A stretch of 64,000 nt of DNA from assembly GCA_963790305.1 (NCBI GenBank), contig CAWBOC010000009.1:1-64000 (forward strand). The letters run 5' to 3'. The DNA comes from an uncultured Gemmatimonadaceae bacterium. Lineage in GTDB: Bacteria > Gemmatimonadota > Gemmatimonadetes > Gemmatimonadales > Gemmatimonadaceae. Of this stretch, positions 53,609 through 62,271 are shown in pieces. A program made the translations under genes and the position numbers. The first letter of the stretch is position 1; every line of letters starts with the position of its first letter. The notes under the pieces were generated by a model. The model saw only the letters and a program-made list of their open reading frames with translations, was not told the DNA's origin and did not search any database.

Positions 53609-56314
53609 CTAGGCGACCTCCTCGCGCGAGCGGAAGATGCGCTGCAGGTCGGCCGCGGTCCGCGCATCGCGTCGCGCGCGTCGTGCGAACTCGCTGGCGG
53701 GCTCCACATCGACCACACGCTGCCACTTCGCGATCGCGTCGCGATACCGATGCTGCTCGGCGAGCAGAACCCCCTGGTAGTAGAGCGCTCCGGCATGATC
53801 AGGATCGAATCGCACAATGCGCTCGAACCCCGTGCGAGCATCGTCTCGCCGCTCGAGCGCCAGCAGCGTCTCGCCGAGCGCCAGGAGCGCGTCGAGGTTA
53901 TAGGGGTCGCGCTTCAACAGGTCGACGAGCGGGCCGAGCGCTTCCTTGGCGCGGCCGAAGTTGCGCCGGACCGCGGCAAGCTCGAGCGTCGCCTCGACGT
54001 ACGTAGGAACGGCTTCGAGCGCGGCGAGCAGATGCTCCTCCGCTTCCTTGGCCTGACCGCGCTCGGCCACCAGGCGCGCAAGCTCGAACCGCACGACCGC
54101 GAAATCCCGGTCCAGGTCGATGGCATCGCGATAGGCGATGATCGCGCCCTCGACGTCCCCCACCGCGCGCGCGACGTCGCCGATCTTCTGGAGAACATCC
54201 GGGCGCGCGGGCGCGAGACGACGCGCCTTGTCGAGATGCTCCAGAGCGCCCGCCGGGTCACCCTCGTCCGCGCGCGCCGAGGCGGCGAGCAGGAGCCCCT
54301 CCACGCTCGTTCCATCGACAGCGAGGAGCTCCTCGGCGACGACACGGGCTTCGGTGGCACGGCCGAGCACGAGCAGCGCGCGTGTCTCGCCTAACAGGGC
54401 GCGTGTCGGGACGTGACCGTTCAGGCCGCGCGCCTCGCGATAGCGCTCCAGCGCCTCGCCGAACAAGCCCTGGCGCGTGAACACATCACCGAGCAGCGCG
54501 AGCCCTTCCCCGCGGTCCCCGCCGCGCGTCATCGCGCGGCTGATCTCGGCCGACGCCCGCTCGAGCAGCCCTTTGGTGAGGTAGTCCACCGCCATCGCGT
54601 AGGGGTTCGCTTCCCCCGGCGCTGCGGTGTCCGCCTTCGCCGGCTTGAGCGACGTGAACAGCGAGTCGAGGACGCGTGCGTCGAAGGCGAACTCTTCGAC
54701 GCTCTCGTCCTGGCGCTTCTCACCGCCAAGGTCGGGGACGATCGAGAGGTCGGGATCCTCGTACTCGAGATCGATCGCCAGCTCGAACTTTTGCGCGACG
54801 TAGTACGGATCGATCTCGAGCGCGCGCTTCGTCTCACGCAGGGCGCCCTCGAAATCGCCGAGGTTGGAGAGCGCGAAGCTGAGATTGTAATGCGCTTCGG
54901 CGTACTCGGGACGTGCCTGAATGGCGCGGCCGAAGGCGTTGCGCGCATCCTCGTACTTCTTGAGCTCCGCCAGCACCAGACCGATCCCGTTCCACGCGAC
55001 GGGCTGCTCGGGCTCAACGGAAAGCACCTGGCGATACGCCTCCAGCGAGAGCTGAAGGCGCTTCCCCTTGAACAGCAGCAGGGCGAGGTTGAGCCACGCC
55101 TTGGTGAACGCCGCTTCGATACCGAGCGCGGCACGGAAGGCGTCGATGGCCTCTTCCGTTTGGCCGCCATGGTACAACGCCACGCCGAGATTGTTGTGCC
55201 CGATCGCGTACCGCGGATCGGACTCGAGTGCGGTGCGATAGCTCTGCGCCGCGTCGGCGTACCGGCCTTCCTGATGGAGTGCGACGCCCCGCTCCGCCCA
55301 GAGCTTGGGGCTGCCAGGCTGCTCGGCGACGAGCTGCTCGTAGAGCTCGTAGGCGGCGCGCGTATCCTTCCGCAGCAGGTGCACCTCGGCCATGGCCTGC
55401 ATAACGAGCAGGCGATCCTCACCCCGCTCCAGCGCAATGCGATACTCGCGTAGCGCCTCGGCGTAGTAGGCCTTCTGGCGAAACGCGAGCCCGAGATTGA
55501 AATGGGCGAGCGTCTTCTCTTCCGCGACCTCGAGCCGCTCGGCCGCGCGTCGACGCTGCTCGGGCAGGAGCGTCTCGTACCGAGCGTCCTTGTATCGCTC
55601 CAGGGAGAGGTTCGCCTGCGCGCGCGAGAGCGTCGGGTTGAGCGCGATCGCCCTCTTTTGCGCGGCACGTGCGTCCTCATGACGTCCCATGTCGCCGAGC
55701 ACGAACCCCATGAGGTAGTGCGCGTCGGGATTGTCGGGGTTGAGCTCGAGCGCGCGCTTGAGCGCGGCCAGCGCCTCGTCGTTGAGGCCGCGGTTGTAGA
55801 TGACCTCGCCGAGGTAGAAGTTCACCACCGAGCTGTTGGGCTCGAGCGCGAGCGCGCGCTCGAACCACTGCTGCGCCTTCTCGAGATCCCCGCTCGCCTT
55901 CTCGGCGAGCCCGAGCTGCACGATGGCACCGAGGTCTTCCGGGTGGTGCAGCAGGAGCGCGCTGAACTCGCGCACCGCTTCCGTCACGTTGCCGAGCGAG
56001 GCGTACGCGCGCCCGAGCTCCCAGCGGGCATCGCGGTCGTCGGGGCGTTGGCGGAGCCGCTCCGTCAGCTCGGAGACGCGACGGTCGTAGTAGCCGGTGT
56101 TGAAGTACGCGATCTCGAGGTTCCGCTGCGCGACCTGCATCTTCGAGTCGAGCTCGAGCGCGCGCGTGAATGCGGACACCGCTTCCTCGTAGAGTCCCTT
56201 GTTGAAGTAGAGAACCCCGAGGTTGTTATGCGCCCCCGCATCCGACGGATCGATCCGTCGAGCGAACGAGCGCAGGACCTCGCGGTCGCGCTCGGATGTG
56301 AGGACGGGGGTCAT
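53609..56314 (-). CDS. Large cytoplasmic TPR-repeat protein (901 aa)
   Basis: Many 34-aa repeats (AHNNLG, AHYLMG, AWNGIG, AHYNLS); no signal peptide. Confidence 0.92.
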   Translation of the reverse strand: MTPVLTSERDREVLRSFARRIDPSDAGAHNNLGVLYFNKGLYEEAVSAFTRALELDSKMQVAQRNLEIAYFNTGYYDRRVSELTERLRQRPDDRDARWELGRAYASLGNVTEAVREFSALLLHHPEDLGAIVQLGLAEKASGDLEKAQQWFERALALEPNSSVVNFYLGEVIYNRGLNDEALAALKRALELNPDNPDAHYLMGFVLGDMGRHEDARAAQKRAIALNPTLSRAQANLSLERYKDARYETLLPEQRRRAAERLEVAEEKTLAHFNLGLAFRQKAYYAEALREYRIALERGEDRLLVMQAMAEVHLLRKDTRAAYELYEQLVAEQPGSPKLWAERGVALHQEGRYADAAQSYRTALESDPRYAIGHNNLGVALYHGGQTEEAIDAFRAALGIEAAFTKAWLNLALLLFKGKRLQLSLEAYRQVLSVEPEQPVAWNGIGLVLAELKKYEDARNAFGRAIQARPEYAEAHYNLSFALSNLGDFEGALRETKRALEIDPYYVAQKFELAIDLEYEDPDLSIVPDLGGEKRQDESVEEFAFDARVLDSLFTSLKPAKADTAAPGEANPYAMAVDYLTKGLLERASAEISRAMTRGGDRGEGLALLGDVFTRQGLFGEALERYREARGLNGHVPTRALLGETRALLVLGRATEARVVAEELLAVDGTSVEGLLLAASARADEGDPAGALEHLDKARRLAPARPDVLQKIGDVARAVGDVEGAIIAYRDAIDLDRDFAVVRFELARLVAERGQAKEAEEHLLAALEAVPTYVEATLELAAVRRNFGRAKEALGPLVDLLKRDPYNLDALLALGETLLALERRDDARTGFERIVRFDPDHAGALYYQGVLLAEQHRYRDAIAKWQRVVDVEPASEFARRARRDARTAADLQRIFRSREEVA

Positions 56315-56317
56315 GCG

Positions 56318-56938
56318 TCAGGCCAGTCGTACCGCGCGAAGGATGGCTTGCAGCGACGCGAGGTCCGGCAGCAGGAGGAAGAAGCCGCGGAGATGCTCGT
56401 TCTGCTCCTGGAGGAAGAACTGGCTCTCGACGTAGAAGACGTGATCGCGATCGGTGCCGAACTGCAGGAAGGCTGTCGACAGGATCGCGGAGGACATGTC
56501 GATGGCGAGGCTCGGCGGCGACGGCAGGAGCATGAGGCCCATGAAATCGCTCAGCGCGTTCATGTACGCGCCGCTGAGAATGTTTCCAGCCTCCTTGATC
56601 GCCGACTGCTCGAGCGCACCCATCTCCTGCGAGGAGCCGGACGGGCGGCGCAGCATGAGCTCGGCGAGCCGCATGGCCGTCGGTCGCGGAAAGACGAGCA
56701 GCGTTCGGCCCGTGAGGTCGCCGAGCATGTGCATCAGCACGGCGGCAATCGGCTCTTCCGGCTCGCTGAGCTGCGTCGGCACGTCCTCGAGCGACGAGAT
56801 GTTGATCGTCGGCACGCTGATCATGATCGTGCTGCCGGTCATCTGCGAAAGCGCCGTCGCCGCATGGCCCGCCCCGATGTTGGCCACTTCGCGCAGTGCA
56901 TCGAGCTGGACGGCCTTCAATTCCTTGATGTCGTTCAT
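56318..56938 (-). CDS. cheC: CheC phosphatase
   Basis: Two active-site motifs 'DALREVANIGAG' and 'SAIKEAGNIL'. Confidence 0.93.
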   Translation of the reverse strand: MNDIKELKAVQLDALREVANIGAGHAATALSQMTGSTIMISVPTINISSLEDVPTQLSEPEEPIAAVLMHMLGDLTGRTLLVFPRPTAMRLAELMLRRPSGSSQEMGALEQSAIKEAGNILSGAYMNALSDFMGLMLLPSPPSLAIDMSSAILSTAFLQFGTDRDHVFYVESQFFLQEQNEHLRGFFLLLPDLASLQAILRAVRLA

Positions 56939-56946
56939 TCTCTCCT

Positions 56947-58843
56947 CTACAGAAGGCTGCCCACGTCCACGATCAGCGCCGGGGCCCCGTCGCCCAGGAT
57001 GGTCGCGCCGCTGAACAACGCGGCCGCGTTTCGAACGGCATCGAACTGCTTCACCACGATGTCCTGCTGCCCCGCGAGCTCGTCGACAACCAGTCCGGCG
57101 CGACGTTCCCCGACCTCCAGCACGATCACCTGGGGCATGCGCGCGCCGTCGGCGGCGAGGCCGAGCAACGACCGGAATCGCACGAGTGGCAGCACGTCGT
57201 CGCGAAGCATGAGCACCTCGTGGCCTTTCACCGATTTGAGGGCGGCGCCTTCCAGCTCGACGGTCTCGTTCACGTGCGTCATCGGGACGGCGAACGTGTC
57301 GCCATCCACGCGGACGAGCAGCGCGCGCAGAATCGCCAACGTGAGCGGCAGGCGCAGCGTCACCGTGGTGCCGCGCCCGGGAATGGAGCGAATCTCCACC
57401 GAGCCCCCGAGCGAGCGGATGCGAGCGTGCACGACGTCGATGCCCACGCCTCGGCCCGAGATGTCGGTGACGCGCTCGGCGGTCGAGAAACCCGGCCGTG
57501 AGATGAGGCGAATCAGATCATCGTCGTTGAGCTCGGTGCGTCCCGTATCGACGAGACCGAGATGCCGCGCCTTGGCGAGCACTCGATCGCGATCGATGCC
57601 TCGCCCGTCGTCGCTCACGCGAATGGTGATCGACGAGCGCTCGCGCGCCGCCGACAACACGAGCTTTCCTGCCGGAGGCTTCCCCGCCGCGACGCGCTCG
57701 GACGCCGACTCGAACCCGTGATCGATCGCGTTGCGCAGGAGGTGAACGACGGGATCGCCGATCTCGTCGAGCATGGACCGGTCGAGCTCGATCTCCTTCC
57801 CTTCGATGGTGAACTCGATCTGTTTGCCCAGCGACCGCGCTGCGTCCCGAACGAGCCGCGGGAAGCGGTCGAACACCTGCCACACCGGCACCATGCGGCT
57901 GGCCATGATCTGGTCCTGCAGATCGGAGACGAGCCGCGACGCTTCGGTGACGGCCTCGGTCAGCGCCGGATCATCGCGGGTGATCGCGAGCTGAACCAGC
58001 CGGCCGCGGGTGATCACGAGCTCCCCGATGAGGTTCATGAGCGCATCGAGGCGGCGGAGATCGATGCGCACGTTGCGCGAGGAGCGCGCGCGTCCCGATT
58101 CGGCGGCTTTGGCCGCGGCGCGGGCCTTGGGATCCTCAATGTCTACGCGATCGACGTCCCCGGCGGCGCGGAGCGCCGAGGCGATATCCGCCGGGGGCGC
58201 ATCGGTCTCGAGACGGATGGCGAACTCGCGATCGAACTGCTCGGCCTGAAGCGCCTCCACCGGCGGGAGCACCTCGAGCACGCGGCCTAACGATTCTGCT
58301 CGCTTCACCACCACGAAGGCACGCACGCCCCGGAGCGGAGCGTTGGCGGCGAGGCGGATGCGGATCAGCAGTTGCGAAGGCGCGAGAGGCGCTGAGAGGC
58401 GCGAGGGGCGCTGGGGGCGCTGAGAGCGCTGGAGAAGCGCTGGTGATGGCCGGGAATTCGCCGCTCATGCGGCCCATCGCACGCAGCCGCTCGATCACCG
58501 GGCTCGCATCCGCCGTCGCATCCTGACCGCGCACCGCTTGCTCCACCGACGTCTCGAGCACATCGGCCGCCTCGAAAAGCGCGTCCATGACGGTCGGCGT
58601 GATCTTCCGCTCTCCGCGCCGCACGGCGTCGAGTACCGTCTCCAGCTCGTGCGTCAGCGTCGCGACCGCCTCGTACCCCATCGTCGCGCTCATCCCCTTC
58701 ACCGTGTGCACCGCGCGAAAGATCGCGCTCAACGGCTCCGCAGCCGCTGGGTCGCGCTCCAGCTCCAGCAGCAGATGGTTGATCGCCGAAAGGTGCTCTC
58801 GGCTCTCCGTCAGGAAGAGGTCGGCGTAACGGGTGAGATCCAT
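56947..58843 (-). CDS. cheA: Chemotaxis kinase CheA (P1-P2-P3-P4-P5), frameshift near 58330
   Basis: 'FRAVHTVKG', 'LDALMNLIGELVI', 'HLLRNAIDHG', 'SGRGVG', C-terminal CheW domain. Confidence 0.97.
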
Positions 58844-58849
58844 GGCCCT

Positions 58850-58975
58850 GGGGTCAGGAGTCAGGAGTCAGTGGTCAGGGGGTGTCGGGGTCTAGGTGTG
58901 AGGAGACCGGCTCGCGCATGCCCTGACTCCGACCACCTGACACCCCCTGATCCCTGACTCCTGACTCCTGACCCC
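58850..58975. repeat. Long hairpin of the 7-mer CAGGAGT/ACTCCTG between cheY and cheA
   Basis: 58850-58871 pairs perfectly with 58954-58975 (22 bp), plus an inner 12-bp stem tcagggggtgtc/gacaccccctga. Confidence 0.95.
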
Positions 58976-58978
58976 TCG

Positions 58979-59341
58979 TTATCCAAGTACTCGCTGCACT
59001 GCTTCGAGAACTCTGCTCGGTTGGAAGGGCTTGACGACAAAGTCCTTCGCGCCTGCCTGAATCGCTTCGACCACGAGCGCCTGCTGCCCCATGGCGCTGC
59101 ACATGAGGACCTTCGCGTTCGGGTCGAGCTTCGTGATCTCACGCACCGCATCGATCCCGCCCATGTCCGGCATCACGATGTCCATCGTTACGAGATCGGG
59201 TCGCAGCTGCTTGTACTTCTCGACGGCCTGGACGCCCGTCTCAGCCTCCCCGACGATCTCGAAGCCGGACTGCTGCAGGATGTCGCCGATCATCGTGCGC
59301 ATGAAGATGGCGTCATCGCAGATCAGCACCGTGTGACTCAC
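58979..59341 (-). CDS. cheY: CheY response regulator (Bacillus/Thermotoga-like)
   Basis: 'ICDDAIFMR', 'TMDIVMP', 'CSAMGQQALV', 'VKPFQ'. Confidence 0.95.
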   Translation of the reverse strand: MSHTVLICDDAIFMRTMIGDILQQSGFEIVGEAETGVQAVEKYKQLRPDLVTMDIVMPDMGGIDAVREITKLDPNAKVLMCSAMGQQALVVEAIQAGAKDFVVKPFQPSRVLEAVQRVLG

Positions 59342-59352
59342 CGTTCCCTCCG

Positions 59353-59777
59353 CTAGAGCAGGACGTGCTTGATGATGGAGTGGATGTCGAGGATAATGAC
59401 GACTTTGTCGTCCATTCGTCCCAAGCCGACGATCGATGCATCTTCGCCATCGCGCTCCGTCGCGTGCTCGATCGATTCGGCGGGAAGCATCATGACGTCG
59501 TTCACTTCCGCGACGGCGATTCCGACGAGCTTTTGACGGTGCTCCACGAGGATCACGGAGCCATCCGACGCGAGCGAGCTGTTCCCGTCCAGGCGTGAGC
59601 CGAGGTCGAGAACGGTGACGATCGTCCCGCGAACGTTGATCAGCCCGGCGACGTAGGCGGGCGCGCCGGGGACGCGCGTGGCGCGTCGCACGGGGAGGAT
59701 CTCGCGCACCGCGTCGAGATCGATCCCGTAGAGCCGGTCGCCGAGGCGGAACAGCACCAGGCGGCGAACGGGGACAT
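59353..59777 (-). CDS. cheW: CheW adaptor; start approximate
   Basis: 'LFRLGDRLYGIDL', 'VPGAPAYVAGLINVRGTIVTVLDL'. Confidence 0.92.
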
Positions 59778-60766
59778 CAAAGGTTGGTGCGGTAGAAGCC
59801 AAAGTGGTCGAGCGGGTCGGGGGACTCCAGCGGCTCGCCAGCCACCGCGTCGAGCGCCTTGCGGAGGTCAGCGGGAAGCGGAGACCGCAACTCGACCGTC
59901 TCGCCCGTTTCCGGGTGAGGGAAGATCAACCACGCAGCGTGCAGGAAATGACGCTTCGGCGGGAGTGCAACCAACCGCCGACCGCCTCCTCCGCCGTACG
60001 TGTCATCCCCCAGCACGGGATGCCCGATCGACGCGAGATGCACGCGAATCTGATGGGTGCGCCCCGTGTGCAGGTGCGCCCGCAGCAGATCCGCCGAGTC
60101 GAATCGGGCCAGCCGGACGAAATCGGTCTTTGCGGCCTTCCCCGTATTGACGACCGCCATCCGCTTTCGGTCTCGCGGATCGCGGGCGACCGGTTTCTCG
60201 ACAGTCACACGGTCGGAGGTGAGATGCCCCCATGAAACCGCGGCGTAGCGGCGCTTGATGCGGCGGCCCGCCAGCGCCGCCCCGAGCCACCGATGGGCCC
60301 GATCGGTCTTGGCCACGAGCAGCAGCCCTGACGTCTCCTTGTCGAGCCGGTGGAGGATCCCCTCGCGCCCGGTGCCTCCCTCCGCGGCCAGCGACTGCCC
60401 ACGTCCCTTCAACGCGTTGACGAGGGTCCCCGTCCAGTTGCCCGGAGCTGGATGCACGACCATTCCAGCCGGCTTGTCGACGACGAGCGCGTGCTCGTCC
60501 TCCCACACCACGGTGAGTGGAATGTCCTCGGCGAGGACGGGACGATCGGGAGGTGGAGGGATGTCGACCGCGATGCGTTCCCCGGTCGCCGGCCGGTACG
60601 AGGCTTTCTCGCGGCGCCCGTCCACCGTCACGTTCCCGTTGGCGATGAGCGTCGCGGCGCCGGTGCGCGAGAGATCGAGTCGTGAGGCAACGAGCAAGTC
60701 GAGCCGCAGGCCCGGCGCGTCCTCGATGACGAACTGGTGTAGCCCCGGAGTGGGCGCGCTAGTCAT
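59777..60766 (-). CDS. rluD: RluA/RluD family pseudouridine synthase
   Basis: S4 domain, 'KPAGMVVHP', 'HRLDKETSG', 'GRTHQIRVH'. Confidence 0.93.
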   Translation of the reverse strand: MTSAPTPGLHQFVIEDAPGLRLDLLVASRLDLSRTGAATLIANGNVTVDGRREKASYRPATGERIAVDIPPPPDRPVLAEDIPLTVVWEDEHALVVDKPAGMVVHPAPGNWTGTLVNALKGRGQSLAAEGGTGREGILHRLDKETSGLLLVAKTDRAHRWLGAALAGRRIKRRYAAVSWGHLTSDRVTVEKPVARDPRDRKRMAVVNTGKAAKTDFVRLARFDSADLLRAHLHTGRTHQIRVHLASIGHPVLGDDTYGGGGGRRLVALPPKRHFLHAAWLIFPHPETGETVELRSPLPADLRKALDAVAGEPLESPDPLDHFGFYRTNL

Positions 60767-60804
60767 GCATCCGATCGCCTAAGGTGCAGCGACGCCCGCT
60801 GTCT

Positions 60805-61335
60805 TCAGGCGCGTTCTACGGAGCTTGCGACACTCGAGGCCGCGGCGCGGGCGCGCGCGCGATCTTCCGCCCACAGGGACCAGGCCAGCATGAAGGCTCC
60901 GATGCTGACCGCCATGTCGGCCACGTTGAACGTCGGCCAGCGCTGCATGCCGACACCGATGTCGATGAAGTCGACGACGCCCATGGGATGCCGAATCCGG
61001 TCGATCACGTTGCCGATCGCGCCGGCGCACACGAGCCCGATCGACGCGATGCGGAACCGGTCGGGGTCAGGCGTCTGCCGATAGAGCCGCCCGAGAATGA
61101 CCAGCGCAACGATCGCGAGGGCGAGAAAGAGCCAGCGTGAGTACGGACCTAACGATATACCGAACGCGGCGCCGGTGTTGTACACGAGCGTGAGACGGAG
61201 CCAGTCCCCGATGACTTCCCGCGGAATCCCGCGCGGCGCCAGCGAGGCTTCGGCCCAGGCCTTCGTCACCACATCGAGCACGATGATGGTCACGATGAGC
61301 CCCCAGAAGAGAACTCGCCGGCTGCGCGCGCTCAT
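60805..61335 (-). CDS. lspA: Lipoprotein signal peptidase II (downstream copy)
   Basis: 'NTGAAFG', 'GAIGNVIDR', 'VVDFI', 'FNVAD'. Confidence 0.95.
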   Translation of the reverse strand: MSARSRRVLFWGLIVTIIVLDVVTKAWAEASLAPRGIPREVIGDWLRLTLVYNTGAAFGISLGPYSRWLFLALAIVALVILGRLYRQTPDPDRFRIASIGLVCAGAIGNVIDRIRHPMGVVDFIDIGVGMQRWPTFNVADMAVSIGAFMLAWSLWAEDRARARAAASSVASSVERA

Positions 61336-61868
61336 CGGGAAGCGCCCTGGGACTCGGTGACGACCGGCACGGCCGCGACCGAATGCTTCCGGTCTTCCTG
61401 CCAGAGAATCCAGGCGAGAAGCACCGCGCCGAAAGTGATCGCGACGTCGGCCACGTTGAACGTATAGAACCGCGCGCTACCGATGCCGAGGTCGATGAAA
61501 TCCACGACGCCGCGCGAGGAGCGTACGCGATCCAGCATGTTGCCGAGCGCGCCCGCCGAGACGAGCGCCAGCGCCGCGGCGCGCGCGCGATCCCGCAGGT
61601 CGGTCGCGCGGTAGAGCTGACCGAGGATGACCAGGGCGACCGCGGCGAGCGCGATGAAGATCACCCGCGAGTACGGCCCGACCCCGATGCCGAACGACGC
61701 CCCGGGGTTGTACGCGAGCGTCAGCTGCACCCAATCGCCCACCACCTCGTGCGGAACGTATTCCGGGACGAGGTGCGTGACGGCGAGCGATTTGGTGGCG
61801 ACATCGAGCGCGAGAACGACCAGGAGCAGTGGCCAGAACAGCGTGGCCTTAGGACTGCTTCTTCCCAT
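61332..61868 (-). CDS. lspA: Lipoprotein signal peptidase II (upstream copy)
   Basis: 'NPGASFG', 'GALGNMLDR', 'VVDFI', 'FNVAD'. Confidence 0.95.
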   Translation of the reverse strand: MGRSSPKATLFWPLLLVVLALDVATKSLAVTHLVPEYVPHEVVGDWVQLTLAYNPGASFGIGVGPYSRVIFIALAAVALVILGQLYRATDLRDRARAAALALVSAGALGNMLDRVRSSRGVVDFIDLGIGSARFYTFNVADVAITFGAVLLAWILWQEDRKHSVAAVPVVTESQGASR

Positions 61869-62271
61869 CTTCCTCGCGCTGCTTGTCCTTGATGCACAGC
61901 CGCGCGTGGGGCAGCGCGTCGAGTCGGTCGAAGTCGATGTCTTCGCCGCACTGCTGGCACTTGCCGAATGTCTCGGGCGAGCGGTACAGGCGGCGCAGCG
62001 CCTCGTCGATGTGCCAGAGAAAGCGTCCCTCCTGGGATGCGAACAGGAAGGCCTTCTCGCGCTCCATCGCATCGGTGCCCTGGTCGGCCATGTGGAACGA
62101 GTACGAGCTCAGATCCCCATCGGCCGACTGTGGCGTCGCATTGAACGCCTCGCTGTAGTTGCCAAGCTCCTTGAGCACGCGCTTGCGCTCCTCGAGCAGT
62201 CGCTTCTCGAAGTGCGTCAGCAACTTCTTGCTCATCGGCTTGGACTTCTTCGCGCTCGCTGAAGACGCCAT
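61849..62271 (-). CDS. DksA/TraR family protein
   Basis: Coiled coil with 'HMADQGTD' tip; 'FGKCQQCGEDIDFDRLDALPHARLCIKD'. Confidence 0.9.
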   Translation of the reverse strand: MASSASAKKSKPMSKKLLTHFEKRLLEERKRVLKELGNYSEAFNATPQSADGDLSSYSFHMADQGTDAMEREKAFLFASQEGRFLWHIDEALRRLYRSPETFGKCQQCGEDIDFDRLDALPHARLCIKDKQREEDGKKQS

